From Euprymna scolopes (taxonomy: Eukaryota), in the NCBI GenBank assembly GCA_053919585.1, contig CM132819.1: a stretch of DNA of 64,000 bases; one strand, given 5' to 3'. Below, in pieces: positions 1 through 11,799 of the stretch. Position 1 is the stretch's first letter; each line of letters begins with the position of its first letter. The notes beneath the pieces are model-generated. The model did no database searches. It worked only from the letters and a program-made list of their open reading frames with translations, and was not told the origin of the DNA. The position numbers and the translations under genes were made by a program.

Positions 1-317
1 AGCTGAGAGTGAAGAAATTAATGTTTTTAGCCAATTTTTCGGTATTTGTCGTCCGAGGGGACGGGCTTCAAACGAAACCGCTCTCATAGAAAATCCGTCG
101 CCTCTGTCGAAAGTTTTAGGCAGACATGCAAACATACATACACATATTTATATATTGATAGCTCAAATTGAAAACCCAAACCGATAAAAAGTTTGCCTAT
201 CTCTGCATACCCTTTATTTCAATTCTCCAATGTGTAGATCCCAAATTGCCGGAGTAATTGTGTAGAGACCAGAAATGTACACAGACAGAGACTGACAGAC
301 AATTTTTACTTTCATAG
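1..317 (-). mobile_element. Non-autonomous Helitron fragment (same family as 39173-40686), truncated by the window edge and an N gap
   Basis: 10-160 closely matches 39859-40025 (gaagaaattaatgtttttagccaatttttc...aagttttaggca...catacata). 180-317 matches the family body, ending in CAGA repeats and 'actttcatag'. Confidence 0.75.
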
Positions 318-1380
318 NNNNNNNNNNNNNNNNNNNNNNNNNNNNNNNNNNNNNNNNNNNNNNNNNNNNNNNNNNNNNNNNNNNNNNNNNNNNNNNNNNN
401 NNNNNNNNNNNNNNNNNNNNNNNNNNNNNNNNNNNNNNNNNNNNNNNNNNNNNNNNNNNNNNNNNNNNNNNNNNNNNNNNNNNNNNNNNNNNNNNNNNGC
501 AGTTTATAATGTACAATGTCATTCAATGTATCCAACATATCGCACATGTAACACATGCTTAAGTCAGCATACTGGTGGAACATTCGCAAATACTGAGAAG
601 GAATTACGTTATCTAATTACATAGCAGTGTTATCCGGACTTGCTCGCAGCCATACAAAATCAAATAGAAATGAAAACATATGATATTTTATACTAAAATT
701 TCTATGGCTCACTCTCTTACCAGCCGTCTTTTTATCTTTCTTACTTTTCCTCGCAATGTCTTTCTCTGTAAACGCTACTGTATTTTTTGCCTAACACATA
801 CGCCTTCCTCTTTCTGTACTGAACAATTTAGATACTGGAACTACCTTTTGAAAATGTTATACTGTATTCTTAGATTAATTGCTTCTCAGATTTTCCAAAT
901 AGAAGAAAACAATATTTTGGAATATCTTATCCTCTCCATTCTTTTATAATTAAAATATTCCAAAAGGGTTAAATGTTATATCAAAATTCATATTTATTGA
1001 TTGCGTACATCAAACAATTGAACTACATATTCTGTATATCCCACTCATTTACCAGATGTAATACAGTAATAATAATATTATCTAAGACTGGGCTACGTCT
1101 TATAGTCCTTACTCCATATAATACATCCTGAAATATTAAAAAATAAAGTCACTTTAAGATCGAAAATTACATCGACCATTTCCGGGACGAATCAATGTAC
1201 AACTCTTCTGAAATGTATATACATCAGAATAATTTTTTATCGTAAACTGTTTCAGTTATTTCCGGGAGCGCCCCCTATATATTACTTTACCAAAAATATA
1301 TATGAAATAAAGCGAATTTTAATCGTAAAGTACATCAGTGATTTCTGGACTAACTCGATATACACCCTCCCAAATATATA

Positions 1381-1409
1381 TCTATATATCTATAAAAGTG
1401 AAATTGTGT

Positions 1410-1440
<31 letters not shown>

Positions 1441-2144
1441 CATTTCCCTACAAAATGATCCTGTCAATTTTCAGTCCACACACTCGAGACATAAGGTAGT
1501 GAGATTTGGGAAAATCGTTTTAATATTTTTTGTAGCGGGGGCAGATATCTGTCTGTCAAGGGTCAAATTTCAAAGATTTTACCTTTGGAAACTCTACCAA
1601 ACTCATCCGCCAGTTTTAGGTCTAACACTTAAAGTTTGAGATGTTTATTTGTTGGGCATTGGTCACGCATTTTAATTAGATTTGAGCCCCAAACACTAAA
1701 AGATAAAGGTAGAAAATTGAGGTCAAAGTTTTAAAAAATGACTTCTACCAATTTACTCAACTAATGTTTAGTCTTAAAATTTGAAATTTTACATGAAGAT
1801 TATTCAGCATGTAGAAAGCCTTTGTGTCTGTTGTTGGGCGAAAAATTGGCATTTAAGAGATCAACGTTCTAATAATTGACATTTGCAGTCTCTACTAAAC
1901 GCCTCTGCCAATTTTTGGTCTAAACACTTGAAATTTTANNNNNNNNNNNNNNNNNNNNNNNNNNNNNNNNNNNNNNNNNNNNNNNNNNNNNNNNNNNNNN
2001 NNNNNNNNNNNNNNNNNNNNNNNNNNNNNNNNNNNNNNNNNNNNNNNNNNNNNNNNNNNNNNNNNNNNNNNNNNNNNNNNNNNNTGTGCACATGAGATAA
2101 TGAATATTACATAGGGCCCGGGCAAAACCGGGTTTTACTGCTTG
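1381..2144 (+). mobile_element. Non-autonomous Helitron (Helitron-N), essentially full length
   Basis: 5' TCTATATATCTATAAAAG, internal (TG)n, 3' hairpin CCCGGGCAAAACCGGG followed by CTTG (CTAG in sister copies). Inserted between A and T with no TSD. Confidence 0.8.
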
Positions 2145-2479
2145 TATGAAATAAAGTGATTTTGAGATTGTAAATTTATTCAGCCATCTACCTTTACTGT
2201 CTTCATATAAATCTTCCAGTCCCCCAAAATATTAAAATATGAAGTAATTTTCGATCGAAAACAGTTTAAACAATTCTCAGACTGATTGCATATTTTCCTC
2301 GCCTATAATTATATACGAAAACAAAAATGATTTTTAGATCGTAAACTGATACCGCTTACTTTTTAATAGAAAAGAATATAATGGACAAAAACAAAATATA
2401 TTTTCAAAACTAAGTATAAAAACATATAGATTTAGCCCAAGAAAACGTGACTGGTTTGTCTTTGTGTCGTTAAAAGTCG

Positions 2480-2620
2480 TAAGTACAAAGTATTAATTTG
2501 TATATATATACAAACAAGTCAAGAGTTAGAAATTTAGAGCGAACGTGTTGGAACGAGTAAAAGTGTCAGGCAAGTTCTCAACTGGTTGAAATCATTCAGC
2601 TACAAAGACAGTAATATTTA
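2480..2620 (+). pseudogene. Possible Penelope-like RT fragment (very degraded)
   Basis: Translation SVRQVLNWLKSFSYKD resembles the 'NTxEVIxWFKxIxNK' segment of Neptune-type PLE RTs; there is little other support. Confidence 0.25.
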
Positions 2621-3269
2621 GTCCCTGTGAAAGGATTAGCATGAAGCCTCAGAACAAAAAAAATAAAAGCAATAAATGTAAATGTGGAAAAACAATTTGG
2701 TTCTTGGAGTTGTCGTGTAGAAAATGACTTATTTTTGCAAAGCGCTTCTGGAACAATAAAACAATGTTACCGTCTAAAAAGTTATGTTTTCCCTTGTCTG
2801 GGCAAGCGGGTAATATGGTTATTTGTCATGGTTATTGAAATATTGCTGAATATATATGTCTTGTTACTCTATTTGTAAAATGTATATACACACGCAACGA
2901 ATATTACATAGACGATTGTATATAATGTATAGGTTTTGTACTTCCGTTTACACATACAGAATTTATACACGTTACGTATGCAGACGACGCTACATTAAAC
3001 ATATACTGCCCCATCTATAAACAATTGTATACTGCTCCTCTCTATAAATAATAAATATAAAGTGATTTTTTGATCGCAAACTGCTCCAGCTATTTTCGGG
3101 AATGATTAAATATATTTCCTCAGCTTTAATATATCTCCATATATTGTAAGATTATTGCAGAAATTCTCATTTAGAAATTTACATCCTAGCTTTCTAAACA
3201 TGCGCGCCACATAACATTGCGATATGCCGCATTTGTCGCCTATCAATACTCAATCGATCCGCTGAAAAA

Positions 3270-3570
3270 AATGTTCGATGATAATAGCTACTGTCATATT
3301 CCACTTCTGGTCGATGCACGTTTGGAGTTTCGCCCGGCCCCTGCGGGGACCGGGCATGAATCTAAAATACCATATGTGGGAAAACCCCACATATAAGACC
3401 ATTGCTCTTGAACAATCAATTATTAACCACTGTAGGGGAAACCCTTCATACCAATTGTCATTATTCAGGTCCCTAACGGGGTAACTGGTCCTCCTCCCCT
3501 TTCTCTTCACATTAAAGAACGGCCTTGTGCCTAATTTACTGAGTCGGGAGGTAAATAAATAATCGGTTCC
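3270..3570. other. GC-rich structured insert inside the Helitron (unclassified SINE/LINE-UTR-like)
   Basis: Two strong hairpins (3332-3355 and 3372-3394) and a 3' 'ggccttgtgcc...aaataaataa' tail; no Helitron coding similarity. Confidence 0.4.
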
Positions 3571-3634
3571 ATGCTCATTCTCTCTCTCTCTCATGCAGGA
3601 GGCCCTCTTTAAATAAATACTCTTCATCTACTTG

Positions 3635-6082
3635 AGAAAACATGGAACTTCAGATTTATTTATAACTTTACCCTGCAATCCGAAATGTCCTGATATGGTG
3701 AAAGAAATTTTTTCCAGATCAACAACCACATGATCGGCATGATTTTATAGCAATTTTTCCATGTAAAGCAAGGTAACCTCCTACACCTACTTACGAAAAA
3801 ATACTTTTGGCGTGGTAGAAGCATACAGGTACACCGCTGAGTGGCAGAAAAGAGAATAGTCAAAAGCTGATTATCTGGTTTGGGTTGAATAAAAGTTGAG
3901 AATCAAACATAGACTCGGTTATCATTGCGGAAATTCATGATTTTGTGACGGATCCTCTTCACACGATATGAATAGACGCCGAATGATTCATAAACCATGT
4001 GAAAACTTAAAAACGTCTGCATTGTGTCACAGAGACGGCCAATGCTGTAACATATATCTCAGATTGTTTTCGAATTATACTCAATTGGCGAAAAAAGTTA
4101 CTTACTATATCGGCGATTTTCTACAGGTGCTGGTGGATTTGAAACAACAGTTCCTTCCCTGGCAATGTAAAATTGTCTGCAGACAACCATGGGTTGTTCC
4201 ATATAAATGAACTCCTTTGTAAGTCTTTTAACGCACACATCAATACTCACTGTTGTAACAGTGTGAAATCAATTAAACGCATTTCTAAAATGAAGGCAAT
4301 GATCAAGCAGTCGCCACAATTTAAAATGATGTTCACTATGCATTTATTAGATATAAAACATGTCTACTAATGAAGTAATTTGGAGAAAATTTCCTCGTAC
4401 ATGTATATCATCATCTGGAGCGACTGAGCTTATGAAAATTAACTTTAAAAATTATTTAGCAAGTGTAACCAATGAATCAATTGCAAGTGAGATACACACG
4501 ATTGAACTGAAATGGGACGGCTTGAATCTTAAACAGATCTCTTAGTTGAACTTAGTAAAATAGGGGTTAATGTCAGAGATCTTGTTAGATGGCCATTCCC
4601 TATATAAAATGATGATGAAAAATTCAAAAAAAGGTCACAATTTCATAATTGATAAACGCAATCAATACCCTGAGACATCTTCGATATGGCTCTGGTTTCT
4701 ACTGAAGATATACTTGTAAGATGAATGGTAAGGCACTGACAAATTTGGCTCTTACTTCATGTTATCGACTTTATACGTATCCATCATTACTGCCTGGACA
4801 GGTGAAATTAGCTATCAACCGCAAGAGCAAGCATCAATTGTTCGTGAGGTTAGCCACTTCATATTTTTCATACTGTAGTCAATAAGATAGAATATCAGCA
4901 GGGTGACTTCATATTCTGCGATGCACCTGCAGATGCAGGAAATACATATGTTACTAAGTTGATTCTTACAAAAGTTCAGTCAGAAGGAAAAATAGCCGCG
5001 GGTGTGGCGTCCTCGGGTATTTCAGCCAGTAATGGTATAACAGGAAACTCGAGATTTAAACATTTAATAACAGATTGTGATCCAATTTGTCAAATACAAC
5101 GAGGATCGAATTTCGCTAAAGTTTTGGAAAACTGTTTCACCGTCTATATATTATGACTGTACAATTGAACATAAAACATATTTGAAGCTCTAGATAAAAC
5201 ATTACCTGATCTAAAAAGACGTGATGTTGTCATGGATGTCATCACACTTTCGTTATCAGATGATTTCCGACAAACATTTCTGATTGTTCCACGTGGATAT
5301 CTTAATGATGAGCCTAATCCTCGAATAAAACTGTCATATTTGTTGAAGCGTATCACAACTAAAACATAATCTTAAAACATGAGTGTCCACCTCAGTAGTG
5401 AACGAATGGCTGCTGAGTTTGCATCCATACATCAAAAATTTTGTGATAGCAAGTTTTCCACAAATACAGGTAGAGGAAAAATCGTTTGATCTCTCACAGA
5501 ACTTAGTAGAAAGGTTTACCTAAATATTGCTGAAAACTATGTGCATCCCCAGCAGCTAACAGAGAGAGAAATGTTAGTTCTAAAAATGACAGGGTACATG
5601 TCAACAATCAACAATTGCTTAATGACATTCCAGAGGGGAAACAAGCTTTCAGTTCTTTAGACTCTACTCTCACAGATGTCTATGCTTTACAGTGCCCTAC
5701 AGAACTTTTAAATTTATTAAAATTACCTGGTCTGCCACCGCCCACATTTAAGCTTAAAGCTGGATTCCCAGTTATGTTAATTGGATATCTGGATGCTCCA
5801 CAATTCTGAAATATAACCGTTCTGCCTGTAAAACGCATGCAGACTCATGTGATAGAAACTGCCATATAAATTAATATAGCTAACTGAGAATTGATATTCA
5901 TTCCCAGAATACCAATTATTCCATCAAATTCTACAACTGAATTTTAAAAGCTTAAGTGTCCAATTATATTATGTTTTTCCATCTCCATAAACAATTTTCA
6001 AAGACAATCTTTGGTCGTAGTCGGTCTCAAGTTAGCTTCGCCTTGTTTCAGTCCTGAGCAGTTTTATGGAGAATGTTCACAG
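3635..6082 (+). pseudogene. Helitron Rep (HUH endonuclease)/PIF1-like helicase, frameshifted with stops
   Basis: Rep motifs: HGTSDLFITFT-CNPK (~3640), YTAEWQKR (~3830), WVVPY and FNAHIN..CNSVKSIK (~4190-4280), NEVIWR. Helicase motifs: FCDAPADAGNT..LILTKVQSEGKIAAGVASSGISA (~4915-5030), DDFRQT (~5260), PTELLN...GLPP..FKLKAGFPVML (5690-5780), FIPRIP and PCFSPEQFYGECS (5895-6080). Confidence 0.9.
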
Positions 6083-7151
6083 NNNNNNNNNNNNNNNNNN
6101 NNNNNNNNNNNNNNNNNNNNNNNNNNNNNNNNNNNNNNNNNNNNNNNNNNNNNNNNNNNNNNNNNNNNNNNNNNNNNNNNNNNNNNNNNNNNNNNNNNNN
6201 NNNNNNNNNNNNNNGTGTATATTTAAGAGTGTTATACTAATAACAAAGCTCAATTCCATGAACACAAACTTATGTCCCTTCATATTCGGATGTACTTCAC
6301 ATCGATTATAACCGAATACAAAAACTTCTACCAATAATAATACCAGAATATAAACTGATCTACAATTATCTAAACTATTCATTATTGATAGCTGTAAGGC
6401 AGTTTAACATTTTCATTATGGTGATATAAACTTTTACTTGTGTAAAAATTACATTTTCCTCACTTACAACAATCGCCACTTGTCATATTTTTTATTACAG
6501 GCGATTCCGTTCAAAATTTTTACCAACTTCAAAAGTTTCTTACTCTTTTAATAAATACAATGAAAATCTATTCATTGCATTCTGCTTTCAATCATTTATT
6601 ACATAATGCTTGTGTTAAACATTCCTCTGTGAAAATGTTCTCATCCGTTTCTCCACAATCTCTATTTCACGTAATTAACACATGATGATGCAACAGATAA
6701 TAACATTTTAACTTGTTTCCTTTTGTGGGGAGGGATTCACTTATCTAAACTGTTTTGGCTCTGCGTCATATTACCAGTTACTTCGCAGTTCAAAATGATT
6801 ATTCAAAATTTTCTACATTTAACATTTTTTCACAGGTCCTATGGCAACGCTGAAAACGGGCCATTCTCGTAGTAAATTAAGTAATTTTCGGATTGTAAAC
6901 TGTTCATTAATTTCTTAGACTAACTGTATATGCCCCACCACTAGTATATTATAGAAGTAATAAAGTGGTTTTTATCGCAAACTGCTTCAATCCTTTATGG
7001 GGCTGATTCTATATACATCGTAATAAAAGTATTTATGAAATAAAGGGATTTTTATATCGTAAAATGCTTGAGAGATTTCCTGGATTGACACAATATACCA
7101 CGCCATTTCCTAAAGATAAATATGAAATAAAGTGAGTTTTTATGCCGTAAA

Positions 7152-8324
7152 TAGAAGCACCCAGAGTTATGTATTTCTCCCATCGTTTGATGCAGCTCTG
7201 GAGACCGTTTTTGTGGAACACCCCAGATTGCTCCTCCAACCACGACGTGACTTCAGAAATCGAGGCTGCATCATTTGGGAAACGCTTTCCTTTCAAAAAC
7301 AACTTCATGGCTTGGAAGATGTGAAAGTCAGAGGGTGCACGATAAGGAGAGTAGGGAGGATGGGGAGGGATTTCATAACCACACACCCGTGCTTCTGATC
7401 TGACGACATGCGAGTTGTGGACCGCAGCGTTGTCCTGCAGGAGGAGGGTATCTTTGCTGATCTTGTCCCGCCTCTTTATTTTGATAGCTTCCCTTAATTT
7501 CCTCAAAAGTGAAGAGGGATAGGCTCCTGTAATTGTGGTACCCTTTTCCAGGAAAACTGTCATCACTACTCCGTCCTGGTCCCAGAAGACTGTGAACATG
7601 GCCTCGCCATCGGAGGGCTGTACACTTGCCTTCTTTGGAGGTGGTGAGTCAAAGTGCTTCCCCTGCATTGATAGGGCTTTGGTCTCTGGGTCATAGTGAT
7701 GGACCCAGGTTTCATCCTGCGTAATCAATCTTTTGAAAAACTTTGACTCATCTTCTTGGCATATCTCCCAATTACCCTCGAGCATTCAACGCGTTCTCGC
7801 TTCTGGAATGGTGTGGTGCATATGCTAATGGTCATGAATGATAGTTTCAAGCGACCATGTACTAATCTTGAGGTCTTGGGCTATTTGGCGAATAGTAATG
7901 CGCCGATCTTTCAAAATGGCAGCCTCAATTTGACGGGAAGATGCCTCCTCAATGGCAGAAGTGGGGCGACCCGGTCTGGGAACTGCCTCCACAGACTTCC
8001 GGCCATGTTTGATTTCACGATGCCAGCGTTTTACAAGGTCATATAATAGGGGGGGGCTATCACCATAAGTTTCTTTCATTTCATCAAAAGTCTCTTGTGG
8101 TGTGCGTACTTTCAAATACAAAAACCGGATCACTGCTCAACATTCAACAGGCTCCATTTCACACCTGACACAGTTCAAACACCTGTATAACAGAAATCTC
8201 AATTAGTTTTGAGCTGTACTTTGCCACATAACCTGTAGAGATAAAAATCATTGCACATGCAAAACTTCAGCTAGATCAGACAACTGGAAGTGTGTCAGGG
8301 GCATTACTTATTGCGCTCCCCTGG
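7152..8324 (-). mobile_element. Mariner (DD34D) transposon, 3' TIR lost, transposase pseudogene
   Basis: ATG at 8158 (MEPVEC*AVIRFL), HTH region with PRPGRP, then TQDETWVHHYDPE, QDNA and HPPYSPYRAPSDF with 34 residues between the 2nd and 3rd Asp. 5' TIR (TA)CCAGGGGAGCGCAATAAGTAATGCCCCTG at 8324. The WVPRLL segment is deleted and there are stops and a frameshift. Confidence 0.95.
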
Positions 8325-8559
8325 TATGATATACAATGATATTAAACTATTAAATGCTTCAGCCATTTCCAGGACTAACTTTCTATACCCATTGCCATCT
8401 AAAGTTATATGAGAAATATAGTGATTTCAGATCGAAAAATACTTCAGCATGACACCATATCCCGCATTAATAAGCACAGAGAAATAATTGTTTTGATCCA
8501 TGATAAATGTCTTGAGAATATAGAAATTTACACTTCAAACTCGTGCATAACCTTTATCT

Positions 8560-8922
8560 ATTATTACAAGCCAAAAACTATTTTGTCCCCGACTGATTTT
8601 GGCTATTTTCCACATATAAACCCTTGGCTTGATGTAAAACATCAAGGTAAAGCAGCCAAATGAAACGGCTTTATGACAATTGATGCATTAAGTTGAATTC
8701 AGTACAATTTAAAACCCGTATTTAGACACAAGTATGAGTTTTTGGAGAAAAATAAATTTTTCTTTAAAAAACAGAAAATGTTTCATTTTCTCTCTTGCCG
8801 GGTTGTAACTTCATGCACACTTTCAGAAAAAATTAACGAGTAGTCATTGAGAATGTTTGGAACGAACCGACGAACGGACAGGGGTGAATTCTAAATCCGA
8901 CTAAGTCGGTGGACCAATAAAA
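8560..8922 (+). mobile_element. HINE/DINE-1-like (Helentron-associated) non-autonomous element
   Basis: 'aacttcatgcacactttcagaaaaaattaacgag' body, GACG/GGAC-type microsatellite, subterminal palindrome CCGACT-A-AGTCGG, then an A-rich end. Confidence 0.45.
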
Positions 8923-9391
8923 CAGAAGATATGCATGCGTCATATATTTAACCAATAAAATCGGTAGCTACATTTCACACAACGCTGAAATAAACAGAAT
9001 GCAATAATAATGGAACAATGATATTTTATAAACTTTTACTTAGAGAGATAAAAAAAACGCGTAAAGTTTTATTTCGGTAAGTTTAAATGTAAAATGATAT
9101 TTTCAACTCGCCGACATATTCTTATATCTTTTGCAGATGCGACATTTCATTTATATTTTAAAGTGGGTTAATTTGTAATATTTCAAATTGTTGTCAATAG
9201 CTAAAATGGTAGAGAAGGCGACTAAGGGATAACTATTTGGGTTCGGATTCTTGCTGATGGCACTCAAGACGTATTTTAATATTCTCAAATTAGAATTATA
9301 TATAAGGTAAAATAATTTTCAGAAAAAAATTGATTCTGCGATATGAAATACGTAATCTAGATGGATTCAAATATAGTTAAGCGTATTTTAT

Positions 9392-9420
9392 AACCGGAAA
9401 AGCCGGTCGCCACCTGCTAG
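9392..9420 (+). mobile_element. Helitron-type 3' terminus (second family; 5' extent unclear)
   Basis: Hairpin ACCGG-AAAAG-CCGGT followed about 9 nt later by CTAG|T. Confidence 0.5.
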
Positions 9421-9870
9421 TAATATATAAACATATCCACAAAAGTTATATATATATATATATATATATATTCATTTGTGAGTGTGCGTCTGTGAGTCTG
9501 CATTCTAGTTCTATATTTACATTTACATACCAATACAATTTTTTAAGTTCTATAATTTCAAACAACAGTATTCCTTTGTTATGATCTATGATTTATTTCC
9601 TCATTATTATTGATTTATTTACAACGTTTTCCATATTTTACTGAAAAAACGAGGCAAATGATATATATANNNNNNNNNNNNNNNNNNNNNNNNNNNNNNN
9701 NNNNNNNNNNNNNNNNNNNNNNNNNNNNNNNNNNNNNNNNNNNNNNNNNNNNNNNNNNNNNNNNNNNNNNNNNNNNNNNNNNNNNNNNNNNNNNNNNNNN
9801 NNNNNNNNNNNNNNNNNNNNNNNNNNNNNNNNNNNNNNNNNNNNNNNNNNNNNNNNNNNNNNNNNNNNNN

Positions 9871-10095
9871 ATGCAAAGATTCTTCAACACATCGTGCACA
9901 TATTACTTGTAATGTAGTGTGAATCGTATTCATATGACTTGTAATGTAATCTAAGATCCTTTAACACATCGTGTACACATGACTTGTAATGTAGTGTAAA
10001 TCGTGTACATATGACTTGTAATGTAATGTAGACCATGTACATATGACTTGTAATGTAATGTAAAGATTCTTTATACACGTATGACTTGAAAGTAA
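9871..10095. repeat. Minisatellite, 32-bp unit with a 45-bp variant
   Basis: Units resembling 'atcgtgtacatatgacttgtaatgtagtgtaa' occur at least 5 times next to an N gap. Confidence 0.9.
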
Positions 10096-10269
10096 ATGAC
10101 AAAACCGACTCTGCTACGTACATTTTTTTCAGGTAATGTTATCGTTGATTTATGGATTATGCTGTTGGAACGATTAATCAAAGTCAAGAATCGAAAAACC
10201 GGAAGCTTTATATAACAGGATTTTGTATTGGAAAAAAATTGTCAGATTTATGATGTTAGTAAAAATCGG

Positions 10270-11110
10270 CTCTTTAAATTCTAAATTAGCTTCTGCATCT
10301 AAAACCAAACTTATGCCTTTCAATCATAAACGCTCTGACAAACATCGCCCTTCTATTTAAGTTAACGGCTCTCACCGTGAAGACGCTCCATGTTTAGTAA
10401 AACTTCTTTGTCTGACCTGTACTCCTGATCTGAAATACACACATATATTACATCCATAAAATGTCCTTGGGAAAATAGTTAGAATAGTCTAACGCTCCAA
10501 TAGATATTTCACTGTTGAACCAATTTTCATACATACTAGGACTGAATACTGTTGCCACATGTGTAGAGAAGATGCGGGAAGATTTTTTATCTTGCCTTGA
10601 CAGAGTTTACCACAGACTTCGTAATCTAGTAGCTAATGTATTTTTTCTTCTCCAACCTCTTTCTCACAGAAATGGCGTTGCAATCCTGCCCCTGTTCTAT
10701 CCCTTTCATTGAAAATGTTCGCTTGAGCTTGAATATATGGTCCCCCTCGCCAACCCTTTACAAAGAACACTTGTCTGACCAAAATGCTCATCAATAAATT
10801 GCCGTATTCCCAATCATTGCCAACACCTTAATATGGATTCCATGAACAAATCTTCATTCCTAGAACTGCCCGGCTGAGGAAGTTTTTCCCATTGGTCTGA
10901 TGTTCAGTTGACTACAATATAATTATCTCCAAGTCAACGTTAACAAATTTAGTTCTTCTATCATCGTTATTATCTAATTGTGCCAAATTCTTTCTCCCAA
11001 CGATTATTATTACATAATTGTTCCATTGACAACTAGACTAGGTATACCAACGTATTACTCTTATACTCGAGTGATATGTGGTAACCTTCTTTAACGTTAC
11101 TTTGTAAAAC
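10270..11110 (+). mobile_element. CR1/L2-group (Daphne/Crack-like) LINE 3' fragment
   Basis: SASKTKLMPFNHKR, LQPLSHRNGVAILPLFY, FHEQIFIPRTARL; colinear with 25047-26130, including a similar 3' UTR. Confidence 0.75.
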
Positions 11111-11145
11111 TTATAAATGTATATTTCAGTATGCAAAGAATTTAC

Positions 11146-11264
11146 ATCGTTAAGACCTTATCTATTAGTTTCCATTTCTGGTTCCTTTTAAAAGGATACT
11201 ACATGGTTTCCATATCTTTCCTTAAAAACCAGAGATGGAAACTAATAGAGGAGGCGTTAACGAT
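11146..11264. repeat. Inverted repeat (foldback), arms about 38 bp
   Basis: ctattagtttccatttctggtt versus aaccagagatggaaactaatag (1 mismatch), extended by atcgttaa/ttaacgat. Confidence 0.85.
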
Positions 11265-11274
11265 AGCAGGGGGG

Positions 11275-11540
11275 TACAAGAATCAACATTGTAAATAAAA
11301 TGAATAATACAACTGCATTAGAGGATTGGATCAACGAACTTAATAGAAACAATATAGATTTTTAATTGAAATGGTCAGTAGTGGATAGGGGAGGAAGTAT
11401 AGCCCTGGGACATCCAAAAGGAGCAATCTATATTAATTGAAAGCCTTCTACATAGTGAATTCTAAAGAAGAAATTTGGAATAAAAGGCTAGATGCTATAC
11501 AGGGATGTCTTCACCGGAATAGGTTTCTGCTATAACGCCT
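11275..11540 (+). pseudogene. Penelope-like element GIY-YIG endonuclease C-terminal fragment
   Basis: TALEDWINELNRNNIDF*LKWSVVDRG..YSPG..KRSNLY*L..NKRLDAIQGCLHRNRFLL matches the PLE C-terminus 'T.LS.YIW.LK..I.W.I...Y...RCNLC..EK...LNKR.E...CRH.NKFLL'. Confidence 0.75.
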
Positions 11541-11799
11541 TAAATGTAACTGAGGCAAAACTTTTCATAACAATAAAGACCCTTGGATTAATGGCCAAAT
11601 TTTAATATACAGTTAAATAGCATGGAATGATGTAGTCTAAACTAAGGATCCAAATCTAGTAAGCAAATATAGTTTCTATTATTCTAAGCTGGATAAGAAA
11701 TATAGATAAAGTATAAAGCTCAATAAAGATTAGAAACATTGTTCCATAACCGCGAGCATTTTTTAGTATTTAGTTGTAGTAGTATTGGTGGTGAAATAA

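Larger units (their letters stand above)
3134..6872 (+). mobile_element. Helitron (autonomous-type, decayed) with RepHel pseudogene
   Basis: 5' A|TC start at 3134; 3' degenerate hairpin plus GTAG|T at 6872; flanked on both sides by the 85-bp satellite; contains Rep and helicase motifs. Confidence 0.8.
1130..8480. repeat. Degenerate ~85-bp tandem repeat (satellite-like), split into blocks by TE insertions
   Basis: A unit resembling 'atgaaataaagtgatttttagatcgtaaactgcttcagc.atttccggga' recurs at about 1142, 1227, 1305, 2147, 2238, 2322, 3055, 6875, 6958, 7036, 7122, 8330 and 8410. Confidence 0.7.

Noticed and set aside
3250-3627. 125-aa minus-strand ORF
   Set aside because: It overlies the GC-rich structured insert, has no recognisable domain and is probably a chance ORF.
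9871-10095. CRISPR-like array
   Set aside because: The intervening sequences are repeats rather than unique spacers, the context is eukaryotic and there are no cas genes.
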